From NCBI RefSeq assembly GCF_009834535.1, contig NC_045697.1, positions 111,540,001-111,604,000 of the forward strand: DNA of 64,000 nt. Reading direction: 5' to 3'. A program made the translations under genes and the position numbers. Below are positions 1-13,428 of this stretch, in pieces. Below the pieces are notes generated by a model, which searched no databases, was not told the origin of the DNA, and saw only the letters and a list, made by a program, of their open reading frames with translations. The DNA is from Camelus ferus (lineage: Eukaryota). Every line of letters starts with the position of its first letter. Position 1 is the first letter of the stretch.

Positions 1-555
1 TTTACAAAGTTTTTACGGGAATATACAAAATCTAAACCACATTTATAAAGGGAAACTCCTGACCACCTCAGAAGGAAGATCTTTGTGTGAGGGGAGGTCA
101 CAAATTTTAGTCATCTAATGTGAGACACTGGCTACAGGGCAAGCCATTTCTCCAACACATATTTAAAAAGTATCATGGCCTCCGAACAATCCCTTTAATG
201 AATCAGTAAAATTTTACATGTGTTTTCAAAAACATTAAAATAACATGAACTCTGGCATGACTGACAGCGGCAAATCTCAATTTTAAGATTCCTACACACG
301 TATTCAAATTTCTAGGTACCAAAAGCAATTGAAAACATGTTTGGATAGAAATTGGTTCACAGGGACTCCGTGGGAAGACAAGAAGGTCAGTGCTGCCCAT
401 CTGTCATTTTATATGTTCTCGATATAAATCATTATTTGTCTCTCTGATGCTTAGTTCCTCTTGTTAAATGCTCTCATATTACCACTGCTGCCAATAAAAA
501 TGACATGATATGAACATTTCTTCCTTGGCCTCAAGCCACAAAACCATGAAGGACA

Positions 556-598
556 AAATTAAAAACAAAACAAAAAAACAAAACAAAACAAAACAAAA
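556..598 (+). repeat. (AAAAC)n microsatellite
   Basis: Direct inspection. Confidence 0.9.
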
Positions 599-957
599 CC
601 CTACTAAATGAAACAGTGTACTATTTCATACTGCTGGCAGGAATATAAATAAATCAGTACAAGCTCTCCAGAGAGCAATACTGAAATCATCCTACAAGTG
701 CACCTGACCACTTATTAAAGAGCACACTGACCGCAGCACTGTTTTTAATAACTGCAAAAAAAAAAAAGAGTTCGCCAGTTGAAATTAGTTAAAACAGTAC
801 AACTATACAATGGAATAGTCTGCATCTATAAAAAAGAACAAGAAAGCTCATGCTGTGAAAACAGCTTCAGGAAATACTGTCAATTTGAGAGAAAAAGGGC
901 ACAGAACAGAGTATACAGCACGTTGGCTACCTTTTGTGTAAGAAAAGGGAAGGATAA

Positions 958-1480
958 TGTAACAGGGAAGAACAAATCTGACTCCATATTTGACTGTTCC
1001 TTTCGCTCTGACCTTGTGCTCTGTTGTCTGTGCTTCGTCATGCTGGTTCTGCACATTTTGTAAAAGAACACTGCCTACAGCCTTGAAATATATAAAACAG
1101 CCCATTCTCAAGGCCCTGACCTTTAAGAGTATAATGCTTTCCAATGCACAGAGAGATTAAAAGTTGCAGAACAGAGAATAACATTTGTCTTGTTCGAGGT
1201 TTGCAGAGGCACGATGACCTGACATAGGTGGACAGCTGCAAGGACAAAGGATTCTGGATTCCTATACCAAGAATTCTGCAACAACCAACCACAACCCCTC
1301 TCCTTCTTAGTATAAAAGGAGACTGAATTCTGACTTGGATAAGGTTCTCCAGGATGTTCATTAGTCTGCCCTCTTCTCTGCCTGCTGACTTTTTGAATAA
1401 AGTTGCTATTCCTTGCCACCTCGTCTCCCGATTTATTGGCCTGTCGGGCCGTAAGAAGAACAAGTTTGGATTCGGTAACA
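958..1480 (+). mobile_element. ERV1-class solo LTR (MER34/MER39-like 3' end)
   Basis: TGTAAC...GGTAACA termini, 4-bp TSD ATAA (954-957 and 1481-1484), TATAAAA near 1311 and AATAAA near 1396. Interrupts an older L1ME-like relic. Confidence 0.85.
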
Positions 1481-1794
1481 ATAACACTATAGATTCATGC
1501 ACACTGGAAAGCTATAAAAGGAACTAATAAAAACAATTACCTATAGAAGAGGGTATACTTAAGGAAGAGGGAAGTAAGACAGGCATGGAAACAAATTTTT
1601 TCAGTGGATAGCTTTGTACGTTGTATTGTTATGTGAACCATGTGAACCAATTATCTAGCCTCCCCAACCCCCCAAACCCAAAACATAAAAACCAAAAACT
1701 AACACTAGTGATTACCTTTGCAGAGGGTGAGGGGGGATGAAGGACAAGGGAAAAAGGGAGACTTTTTCAATGTACACCTTTCAATACACTTGTG

Positions 1795-3080
1795 TATACA
1801 GTCAAATGATCTTTGATAAGGTTGCCACTTGAAGAGGAAAGAACAGTGTCTTCAAAAAATTATGCTGGGAAACTGGATACTCACGTGCAAAAAATTGAAG
1901 GTGGGCTCTGATCTCATACTTACACAAAAATTAATCCAAAAGGGATTATAGGCCTAAACCTAAGACCCTAAACTATAAAACTCTGGAAGAAAACACGAGG
2001 GAAAAACTTCATGATGTTTGACTTGGCAATTTTTCTTATGTCTTATATATGACACCAAAAGCATAGGCAACCAAAGCAAAAACAAAATGAGACTACACCA
2101 AACTTAAAAATTTTGTATATCAAAGGATCCAGTCAACAGAGTGAAAAAGCAGCCTACAGGAATAGGAGAAAATGACTTGCAGATCACATATCTGATAAGG
2201 TGTTAATATCAAAAATATAAAAATAACTCCTACAACTAAACAGCAAAAAAACCAATCCAATTAAAAAAATGGGTAGAGGATCTGCATATACATTTTTCCA
2301 AAGAAGACATACAAATGGCCAACAGGCATATGAAAAGATGCTCAACATCACTAATCATCAGAGAAAATGCAAATCAAAACCACAGTGAGAGATCACCTGA
2401 CAACGGTCAGAATGGCTATCATCACAAAGACAAGAGATTGATGAGGATGGAGAAAAACTGGACCCTTGTGCACTGTTGGTGGGAATGTAAACTGGAGCAG
2501 CCACTATGGAAAACAGTATGGAAGTCCCTCAAAAAAGTAAAAATAAAACAGCAATCCCACTTCTGGTATATATTTGAAGGAAATGAAATCAAATCTTGAA
2601 GAGATATCTGTATGTTTGTGTTCACTGCAGCATTATTCACAATAGCCAAGATGCAGAAACAACCTGTGTCAACAAATGAATGAAAAAAGATGTGACAACA
2701 TACACACCCCCACACCCACAACGGGAAAAAAAAATTGTACCATTTGTAACAACATGAACAAAACTTGAGGACATTATACTAAGTGAAATAAGTCAGATAA
2801 AGACAAATACTATGTGATATCACTTACATGTGAAATTTAAAACAGCCAAAATCGTAGAAACAGAGAGTAGAGTGTGGCAGTTACCAGGGCTTGGAGGGGT
2901 TAGGAAAATAGGGATACGTAGGTAAGAGGGCACAACCTTCCAGTTGTAAGATGAGTAAGCTCTGGGCATCTAACCTACTGTGTGGTGATTACCATTAACG
3001 ATAACACATTACACAGTTGAAAGTTGCTAGGAGAGTCAATTTGAAATGTTCTCAACACAAAAAAGGAATAGTAATTATGC
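1795..3080 (+). mobile_element. L1 3' fragment (ORF2 C-terminus and truncated 3'UTR), degenerate
   Basis: ORF2-like peptide [17 protein letters not shown]...[17 protein letters not shown] and a typical L1 3'UTR. Confidence 0.9.
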
Positions 3081-6000
3081 TTTGTTACTGTGTTACACGA
3101 GTTCACTATGTATTTTAGATATTAACCCCTCACTAGATATACAATTTGTGAATTTTTTTCCCATTTTGTAGGTTGCCTTTTCGTTTTGGTGATTATTTCT
3201 TTCATTGTGCAGAAGCTTTTTAGTTTCATGTAGTCCTACTTACTAATTTTTGCTCCTGTTACTTGTGCTTCTGGTGTTATATCTGAAAAATCATTGCCAA
3301 GACTAATGTCAAAGAACTTACTCCCTGTTTCCATTTAGGAGTTTTACAGTTTCAGGTTTTATGTATAATTCCCTATTCTATTTGAGTTAATTTTTGTTAA
3401 GTGTTATAGGATAGAGGTCTAATTTCATTCTTCTGCATGTGGTTATCCAGCTTTTCAACACCATCTACCAAAGAGATGTACTTCCCTCATTGAATACTCT
3501 CGAATACTTTGCCAAATATTAGTTGGTCATATATGCAAGGGGTTATTACTGGGCTCTCAATTTGTCCCACTGGTCTATGTGTCTGTATTTATGCCAGCAG
3601 CACCCTGCTTTGATTATCATACCTTTGTTTGAAATCAGAAGTGTGTGATGCCATCTTCTTTCTCAAGAATTGTTTTGGCTATTTGGGGTCTTTTGTGGTT
3701 CCATTAAGCCTTTAGGATTTTTTTTTTCTATTTCTGTGAAAAATACCATTGGAATTTTGAGAGAGACTGCATTAAGCCTACAGATGGCTTTGGACAGTAT
3801 GGACATTTTAACAATATTAATTCTTCCAACCCATCAACACAAGGTATCTTTCCATTTATTTGTGTCTTTTTCAGTTTCCTTCATCTAAGTCTTACAGTTT
3901 TCAACATACAGCTCTTTCACCTCCTTAGAGAAATCTGTTCCTAAGTATTTTATTATTTTTGATGCTATTGTGTATGGCACTTTTATTTCTGTTTCATATA
4001 TTTCATTGTTAGTGTATACAAATTCAGCTGATTTGTGTGCTGATTTTGTATCATGCAACTGAATTTGTTGATCAGTTCCAACTATTTTTTTTGGTGGAGA
4101 TCATATCATATAAGATCATATTATATGCAAATAAATAATTTTACTTCTTCCTTTCTGACTGGATGCCTTTTCTTTCTTTCTCTTGCCTAACTGCTATGGC
4201 TAAGACTTCCAGTACCTTGCTGAATAGGAGTGTTAAGGACAGTCACCCTTGTTTTGTTCCGGACCGTAGAGGAAAAGCTTTCAACTTTTCACTACTGAGT
4301 ATGGTATCAGGTATGGGCTTGTCACACATGGACATTATTATGTCGAAGGCATGTTCCTTCTATACCCAATTTGCTGAGAGCTTTTCTCATGAAAGGATCC
4401 TGTATTTTTTGTCAAATGCTTTTTTCTGCATCGACTGAGATGACCGTATGATTTTTATCTTTCATTCTATTAAGTAGTGTACCACATTTATTGATTTGCA
4501 GATATTGAACCATTTTTTAATTCTGCGGATAAATCCCACTTGACCATGGTGTATGATTCCTTTTAAGTGCTGCTAAATTCAGTTTGCTAACATCTGATTG
4601 AAAATTTTGTGTCTATACTCATCAGCGATATTGGCCTGTAGTTTTCTTGTAATTTCCTTTGTTGGCTTTGGTATCAAGGTAATGCTAGCCTTGTAAAATG
4701 AATCTGAGAGTCCTCCCTCCTCTTCAATGTTTCAGAAGAGTTGAAGAAGGATTAGTGTTATTTCTTCTTTAAATATTTGATAGAATTCACCAGTGAAGTC
4801 ATCGGGTCCTGAACTTTGCTTTGTTAGGAAGTTTTTGATTACTGATTCAATCTCCTTATTTGTTATTGGTCTGTTCAGATTTTCTGGTTCAGCCTTGGTA
4901 ACTTACATGTTTCAAAGAATTTATCCATTTCTTCTAGGTTATGTTGACATATGTGTCTCTTATACTCCTCTGAACTTCTGTGGTATAAAAGCTGTAATGT
5001 CTCCTCTTCCAATACTGATTTTATTCACTTGAGTCTTCTTTTGCCTCTAAGTCTAGCTAAAGGTTTGTCAGTTCTGTTTATCCTTAAAAAAAAAACAAAG
5101 GCCCTTAGTTTCATTTACCTTTTTGCTATTGTTTTTCTTGTCTCTATTTAATTTATTTCTGTTCTGATCTTTATTATTTCCTTCCTTCTGTTATCATTGG
5201 GTTTAGCTTGTTTTTTTTTTTTTTTCCTAGTTCCTTGATGTATAAAATTAGGTTGTTTGAGATCTTTTTTCTTAATATAGGCATTTATCTGTTAACTTCC
5301 CTCTTAGAACTGCTTTTGCAGAATCTCATAGGTTTTAGTATGGTATCTTTTCATTTTTGTTTGTTTCAAGCTATTTTTAAATTTCGTTTTTGATTTCTTT
5401 GACACAATGGTTGTTCAGGACTGTGTTTAGTTTCCACATGTTTGTGAATTTTTCAATTGCCTCCTGTTACTGATTTCTAGTATTATACCATTGTGGTTAG
5501 AAAAAAATACTTGGTATGATTTTAATTTTCTTAAATTTGTTAAGACTTGTTTTATAAGCTATCACACGGTCTATCCTGGTGAATGCTGTGTGTGTGCTTG
5601 AGAAGAGTGTGTATCCTGCTGCTGTTGGATGGAATGTTCTGAATATGTCTGTTAGGTCCATTTGGTCTAGAGTGCAGTTTAAATCTAACGTTTCCTTGTT
5701 GATATTCTGTCTGGATGATCTATCCATTGTTGAAGGTGGAGTACTAAAGTCCTCTATGATTATTTTATTGTTGTCTGTTTCTCCCTCCAGATCTGCTAGT
5801 ATTTCTTAATATATTCAGGTGCTCCCATGTTGGGTGCATATATATTTATGACTGTTATCTCTTCTTGACAAATTGAACCCTTTATCATTATATAATGACC
5901 TTCTCTGTCTCTAGTTACCATTTCTGGCTTAACATCCATTTTGTCTGACATCAGTATAGCTACCCCTGCACTCTTGGTTTCCACTTGCATAGAATATCTT

Positions 6001-7960
6001 TTCCAACTTTTACGTTGAGCCCATGTGTGCTCTTAAAGCTGAAGTGAGGCATCCTACAGCTGGGTCTTGTATTTTGTTTTTCTGTTTTTAAATCCGTCCA
6101 ACCACTCCATGCCTTTTAATTGAAGAATTCAATCCATTTACATTTAGCGTTAATTGTTCATAGGTAAGACCTTACTAATTCCATCTTATAGTTTTCTGGC
6201 TGTTTTTGCAGTTCCCTTGTTCCTTTCTTCCTCTCTTGCTGTCTTCCTTAGCAAGGTGAAAATTCTCTGTAGTAGTGTGCTCTGATTCCCTTCTTTTCAT
6301 CTTTTGTGTATCTACTGTAGGTTTTTGCTTTGTAGTTACCATGAGGCTTACATAAAACATCTTATAGATATAAGTCTATTTTATGCCGATAACAACTTAG
6401 CTTTAATCACACACAAAAACTCGACCCTTTTACTTCCCCCAACCTTTTACGGTTTTTGATGTACAATAATTTAACTCTTTTTACAGTGTGCATTCATTAA
6501 CAAACTATTGTAGCTATTTTTTTTTTTTTTTGCTTAGGAATATTTTTTATTATGGAAGTATAGTCGGTTTACAATGTTGTGTTAGTTTCTTGTGTACAGC
6601 ACGGTGATTTGGTTATATATATAGATATGCCTTTTCATACTCTTTTTCATTATAGGCTATTACAAGGTATTGAATAGAGTTTCCTGTGCTGTACAGCAGG
6701 ACCTTGTTGTTTATCTGTTATATATATATATATAGTAGTTAGTATCTGCAAATCCTGATAAAAATAATTTTTGACTGAACATAGCAAAAGATGTTTTGGA
6801 ATATAATCTTGGTTTAGTCGGAGAGCAGCACTGCTTTAAGAAAGCCAACAAGATAGCGCAGACCGCACCCTACCCATCACCCAGGCAGCGTCCCCGCCTC
6901 CCCAGTCACACAGAATCGGGTTTGTATCCAAACTCGATGGCTTAGTTGTTTGGTGCAACACGATTATTTAGGTTCAATTTTGAGTTTCTTTCTTTCTTTT
7001 AAAAAATCCTTCCCTGTTGGTATCTAGGGTTGAATCTGGACGTGTGAGCAACTCAATGTTGAGTAAGACTGGGTTTACACTTGGTTCAGGGCCTGGTGCA
7101 CAGCGATGATAAGTATTTGTTTCTCCTCTTTCTTTTCAGGACTTGACGTGTCTGCTTAATGTGCCACTGTTGATATTTGCAAAATTTCTGGACTAACCAC
7201 GAGAGAGTGATGTCAGTGTGATGGGACAAATCCTCATTTGTTTAAAAAAAAAAAAAAGAATTCTCCCCAAGTGCCATAATGGGTATTGTAGCTATTTTCA
7301 ATACTCTTGTCCTTTAATCTTATATCATCACTTTGGAGTATTAGAGTATTCTTAATTTTTATTATTACTTACCTTTACCAGTGTGATGTATATTTTCATA
7401 CATTTTTATGTTACTAATTCACAACCTTTGATTTCAGCTTGAAGAAATCCTTTCAGCATTTCTTTTACGGCAGAACTCTCTCAGTCTCTGTGTCTGGGAA
7501 AGTATTTCTCCTTTGTTTCTGAACCACAGGCAGAGGAGCATCTCTCCTGGCCCTAAGCTGTGCCATCATGTGGCAGGGGTGATGCAGGTGAAGTGCAAAC
7601 TGCTCCTCTCACACTCTAGTGCATCCATTGTTCTTGCTCCAGTGGAATGCTAAATCTTCTTCTCTGGAAACCCGGATTTCCACAAAGGCTCTCTCATCTG
7701 TGGAGGACTGTCTAGGTCAGTGTTCTCCAGGGGCTCCCAGACTGCAGCTAAGAGGGGCTGGAACTGGTTCACAGGTCCCATCAGGGTCCACAGTCAAGAC
7801 CAACATCTGCCTGCCTACTGCCCAATGCATAGTGAGCAAGTTTCCTTCCGGATCCCTTAGGGTATGGTACTGGATCCCAGAGCTCCCACAAAGGCACTTT
7901 TGTTTGCCGACAGATAAGGAATATTTGTTGCATGGGGAGGGAAGGCAAGAATGAGGGGTG
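3081..7960 (-). mobile_element. Old degenerate L1 (ORF2 EN/RT remnants, inter-ORF, end of ORF1, probable 5'UTR piece), interrupted at 6521-7283
   Basis: Endonuclease-like peptides (AGVAILMSDKMD...GHYIMIKGSICQEEITVINIYAPN; MDRSSRQNINKET...DLTDIFRTFHP) with many stops and frameshifts. Confidence 0.88.
6521..7283 (-). mobile_element. L1-mediated insertion of non-L1 genomic sequence plus a short L1 3'UTR piece (orphan transduction or retrocopy)
   Basis: Perfect 15-bp TSD TATTGTAGCTATTTT at 6506-6520 and 7284-7298, poly(T) at the left end, and AATAAA on the minus strand just inside it. Confidence 0.8.
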
Positions 7961-10510
7961 TCTTATGCCCATGACCCAAAAATGTGAAAACGCTAGTGAT
8001 CGACACTTTTAAAACAAAGGGAAAAAATAACAAATATATCACCAAAGTAGGCCTATCAAGGTCTGTCCCCAATGAGGAAGTTAAGTATTACTACAGAGAG
8101 TCAATGCATTTTATTGTCTTGACTTCAGTGAACAAACAACTGCTATCCTCCCCAAGCTGGGCCACTGCCCTACCTTTCTGGTCTTCACACGGAAGTTCTT
8201 TATGACAGATCTTAATACTGAAGCCTCTATGTGCTGCTGCATTCACGTCTTTATGTGTTGTAACAGCCTCTGGCCTGCTTTCTCTTGAAATTGTTCTTTG
8301 AAAGTCCTTTTCTTGGGATTAGTATTTCTAAACCCCTATGCAGTATTTAATCCTAAAGACACTCTCTCCTAGCTTGGATTTAATACTTTTTCTGCCTTTC
8401 TAACTACTCAGTCTGTCTCTGTCAGCTCCCTAAAACTAGGTATTGCCTATGGATCTGACTGCCTTGGGTCCTCCTTTCATTTTCTGCTTGTTCTCCTTTA
8501 CCATTTAATACACGTTTCTGTGTCCATAGTTATTGTCAACTATCATCCCAGTATAGTTGTTCCCATCCTCAACTTCTCTCCCAAATCCCAGTAACTGAAT
8601 TTCCAGCTATCTGCCAGTCTCCATATAATCTCTCTAACCATCTTCTTTTAAACAGTCACCCCCACACCATACACCCAGTAACACATACAAGCAGACCTCT
8701 AAAACTCACATTATTCATTGTTTTAGGCCACTAACTTTGCCTGTTTTGAGCTCTGTGGTCTGGACTTTATAATCATCATGCATCTTTATGTTGATGACTT
8801 TGCTTCACTTCTTGGCTTAATACTCGACAAAGATTCTCTGGCTGAGTCTGCTGATTATCTCCTCAAAACAAATCAAGATCTTCTACTGGCCAAGTTGTCT
8901 TTGGCTGCTGCTCATAATCTTGCCCAGGATCTCTAAACTGATACTGTATTTCACTGCTGGTTCCTCCTTAAGCAATCAAGACTAAGATCCACCTACACTT
9001 TCCTCCATACACCTGCCTGACCTCCCATGTTTTTCTGGGTCACAGTGGCTCTATTATCCACAATGATTCCAAGGCTAAATAAAGTCTCAGTCACAGATGA
9101 TTCCTCACTCCCTCTGTCTCCTTTTTTTATTGTGGTAAAAACGTAAGATAATTTACCACATTAACCACTTTGAAGTATATTGCTTAGTAGTGTTAAGTAT
9201 GCGCACATTGTAAAATCTAAAACTCTACACCCATGAAACAATGCCCCTTTTCCTCCTCCTCCTCCATCTCTTCTCTTTAAACCCTAAAACGAATTGTTTC
9301 AGAAATCCTGGGAATCTTTCTCAGTAGTGCCATAGAAATTGTAAGATTTAGTGCTGTTAAGAGATCTGAAAGGTCACCTGACCACAAATTTCCTGTGTAA
9401 GAGTAACCTCCAAAATGTTTTTTTTTAAAGGGGTTTAGTGTATTCTTTTATTTAACTCCAAAATGTTGACTACAGTTTGCACACATCAGCAGAGAGCAAA
9501 TCAGTCATATCACCCTTGAACTACTTATAACCCACCACAGAACAACATTAATCTTTCTCTTATGAAATTCCTTCAGACTTTTACAGAGAGCATTATATTC
9601 TCCAGAATTTTCCTTCCAAGGTTTATAAATTCCTAAGCCTTTTGACCACTCCTTGTACAACATAGTTTGGGGTCTTCAACATCATCCTGGCTCTGAATTC
9701 AGCACTTCAGTTCATCAATCCCTCTCAAAACATGTAACTGAAAATGAAGTCAATTTCATAGATACGGTCTGACCTGGGCAGAGCAGAGTGAGATAATTAC
9801 CTGTTCTGATCATCTTTCTAGACACAATTACATTATTGATTGCTATTGAATCTACTATCAATGAAAGCTATAACATCTTTGGATTGGTTTGGCCAATATA
9901 AGCCTAATACTTGTCATGGACCTAAGACAAGAAATTCTTTCTTTTCACTGAATGACTTCGTATTCAGATGACTGTATCTCAGTGAGGTACAGTAAAAATC
10001 AGCAGCTACTGTACACTGCCAAGAAATATGCACACACTAAAATGTACCTACAAAGTTTTACCTAAAATATAATGCTAAAGGGCAGGTCACCTTGGAGTCC
10101 AGTCTGTTCCCCATACTCATATCCAGGCCTAGTTCCCTGATCCACTACCTCCTCTCCATCTTCACTACTCTAGTCCTCACTCTTCCCAGCCTCAACTACT
10201 CTTTCCAGTCCTCTTGCCAGCACAGTAACAGATTATTCTTTTTTGTAGCACAGAGCCTATACTGTGGCATTAATGATTTGCTTCTACTAGTTTACTCTGC
10301 TACTGTGTAAAGCCAACCTAATTATGCCAGCATTTGATAATCAGTTCCTTTCTCTCTGAACAACTGCCATAACTGCAGTGGAGAGTGAGTCCCAGTAGTA
10401 TAAACCACACCATGAATATGCAAGATACATTAAACACACATACTGTACATGTATAATGTACATATGCATTCTTCCTTATATATAGGGAATCTCTTCACTC
10501 TAGAGCAGCT

Positions 10511-10617
10511 GGAAGAGGGAACGGCTCAAGTGGCAGAGCACATGCTTAGCAAGCATGAGGTCCTGGGTTCAGTCCCCAGTACCTCCTCCAAAAATAATAA
10601 ATAAAAAAACCTAACTT
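10511..10617 (+). mobile_element. tRNA-Ala-derived camelid SINE (Vic-1-like)
   Basis: GCTCAAGTGGCAGAGCACATGCTTAGCAAGCATGAGGTCCTGGGTTCAGTCCCCAGTACCTCC head with A/B boxes, A-rich tail, TSD TCTAGAGCAG. Confidence 0.85.
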
Positions 10618-11430
10618 TCTAGAGCAGTTGAACTTTCCTGTTGGCTTCCCTCCTGCAAGTAAAATAAGTTTATCAAGAAATGAAAGACGGTCCCTAGGAT
10701 TTGTCACACTAGGTCTGTAAGGGCTCAGGTCCCTCGACCCAAATTAAGTCCAACGAAATCAACAACACAAGTCCAAAGTTCTGTTTGTTTCGTGTCCTGT
10801 GATAAGGTACAAAGTATCCTTTATATCTGATTTCTAAACAGCAAGCACCTTTTTGATCAAGATTAAATGCCCTGAGGGATGGCCATAATTCTTCTATACT
10901 CTGTCTACTGCAGAATCCCATCTGAGGAGTCAGGTTAAGTGTATGGGCAACAACAGTACTTTAGACCCACAAACAGCTTATCCCTGAGAGAAAAAGTGTT
11001 TGGGAGAAAATAAAAATATCTCTAGTCTTCATTTTCATAATAAAATGTTACACTAGATAACTGCTAAGGTTCCCAATTAGTGCTAACACTCTGTTCTTTC
11101 ATTCTGAATACTATTAGACTCTAGGAGAAAAAATTCATATTTATGTGTCCCAACAGTTTCATTTATACTGACAGTTTGGTGAAACCTTAAAGCGCTAACT
11201 CATTCATCTCAGCTAGAAAAACTGTCAACAAAGCAGAAAAGAGAGATTGCATGTAGTTTACCAGGACATAAATGAGGACCATTATGAGTTTAAGAATATC
11301 AAAATGATTAATTCTTTTAAGAAGTGTCACTTCAGTCTGCATGAATTCAGTTAAGAAGTGGTATATATCACATGCTTTCACAATTCTCCAAAGGAAGAAT
11401 CTTCTATATCAGTAAATTAACACTGCAATA

Positions 11431-12562
11431 GGAGAGAGAGAAGCAAGACGGCGAAGTAGAAGGACGCTTGTAACTCACCTTCTCCCACAAATACACCAAA
11501 ACTCACATCTACGGACCCACTCAGCCAACCAGAGCACCTGCCAAACTCCAACAGAACATTGCCCTCCTCGAAAGACAAAGACGCCAAAAATCTGGTATGA
11601 GAAAAGGAAAAAAGAAAGAAGAAAAAGCAAAACAGTGTGGGACCAGTCCCGCGGGGCGGGAGCGGCAAAGGAGGAATAGCGCTCATTCGCTGGGTCTCCC
11701 CAATCCAACGGAGAGGCCAACAGGACGGAGGGGGGCCTCCGAGGCTCAGATCTGCCCCACGCACCCCTTGACTGACTAAACTAAGTTAAACAGGCACAGA
11801 GGGTCCCTGCGACACCCAGCCTGGGATGCGAGCCAGCAGCTGGGGCCGGGACAGGCTACCTAAGCTGAGCGGAGGACTGGGGTGGCTGCACTGGGGCAGC
11901 CCCGGGGGACTGCAGGGGGCTGCGCGGCATGGCTGGGAGGGGATACGGGAGCAGAACAACCTTGGTCCTCCATAAATTGTGAAAAAAGCAAAGCAACAAG
12001 GCTGGTGTGCCCTGAGGGGAAGGGAGCCGCAGCCTTTGTCTCCTCAGACCGGTGGCGCCATTACTGGCACTTCTTGCGAGAAGAGAGGTGGGGCGCAGCC
12101 ACAGCCGCCATCTCCTCCTGTGCGCAGTGCCCGGGTGGGGGCGAGGCCAAGAGCTGAATCCGCACCCGGGGGCTCTGCAACCTCCTAGGCAGGACTGAGA
12201 CTTGTTTACAGCCTGAGGCAGATAGAATCTTTCTGCCCTGGCACCTCAGGGAACTCGCGCCGCCAAGACAAACAAGGAGCTGAGATTTGGCACAGAGCAG
12301 GGGCGGGGCTGTTCTGCGGTCTTCCCTGAGCCCGCCTATGGAGCGCCGACCCGAGGCGGAACGTGCAGCTGCAGAGCAGTGGAGCGACCTGCACCTGGAG
12401 AGGGTGGGCGGCCACCCGCCTTCCTGGCAGGAACGCAGCACCTGACCACCGTGCTGGGAGGGGGCGCGATCCGCCCACCTGCCTCGCCCAAGCGCAGCAT
12501 CTGACTGCAGCATCGGGAGGGGGAGTGAGCCACCCGCCCACTGGCCACAGTGCCAGAGAGAT
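11431..12562 (+). promoter_or_regulatory. CpG-island-like L1 5'UTR internal promoter
   Basis: GC- and CpG-rich stretch in an otherwise CpG-depleted intron, directly upstream of the ORF1 ATG. YY1-like motif AAGACGGCG near 11445. Confidence 0.7.
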
Positions 12563-13428
12563 ATGAGCAATATGAAGGAGCAGAAGAACCACTCCCAATT
12601 AAAAGATCAAGAGAAATCCCCTGGAAGCATGATCAAGGAAATAGACATCGATGGCCTACTAGATCAAGATTTCAAAAAAGGAGTGATCAAAGTACTGAAG
12701 GAACTAAAAGAAATAGTGTTTAGAGATATAAAATATGTCAAAAATGAAATAGAAGCTATAAAGAAGAGCCAAATAGAATTATTAAACTCCTTTGCTGAGA
12801 TGAAAGCTGACCAGATAATGCAGAGGAACGAATAAGTGACCTAGAAGACAGGATAACAGAAAGCACCCAATCAGAACAGCTGAGAGAAAAACAAATAAAA
12901 AAACAATATAAGGGACCTATGGGATAATATAAAGCGTGCCAATCGATGCATAATAGGGATTCCAGAAGGGGAAGAAAGAACAAAGGGGACTGAAAAGGTA
13001 TTTGAAGAAATCATGACTGAAAACGTCCCAAACCTAAAGAAGGAATCAGATATCCAAGTACAGGAGGCTCAGAGGGTCCCAAACAGGAAGAACCCAAACA
13101 GACCCACACCAAAACATATCATAATCAAGATGGCCAGAGTCAAAGATAAAGAAATGATCCTAAAGGCAGCAAGAGGAAAACAAAGAGTTACAAGAGAACC
13201 CCAATAAGGCTTTCAGCTGATTTCTCTACACAAACACTACAGGCCAGAAGGGAGTGGCAAGATATATTCAAAGTCCTGAATGAAAAAAAGATGCAACCTA
13301 GGATACTCTATCCAGCAAGGCTATCCTTTAGAATAGGAAAGATAAAGAATTTCACAGACAAGCAAAAACTAAAAGAGTTTAGCAACACTAAATCCATGCT
13401 AAAAGAAATATTCACAGGTCTACTCTAA
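12563..13428 (+). pseudogene. L1 ORF1p (RNA-binding protein), frameshifted
   Basis: MSNMKEQKNHSQLKDQEKSP... / NAEERISDLEDR / DLWDNIKR..IIGIPEGEE / QVQEAQRVP..RPTPKHIIIKM / IRLSADFS...ARREWQDIFKVL, spread over different frames. Confidence 0.9.

Noticed and set aside
1038..1502. 154-aa ORF
   Set aside because: It is the antisense reading of a solo LTR with no protein features.
12061..12598. Long antisense ORFs (169 and 130 aa) in the L1 5'UTR as ORF0-like genes
   Set aside because: They have non-ATG starts, lie in GC-rich stop-poor sequence and show no recognisable homology, so they are expected by chance.
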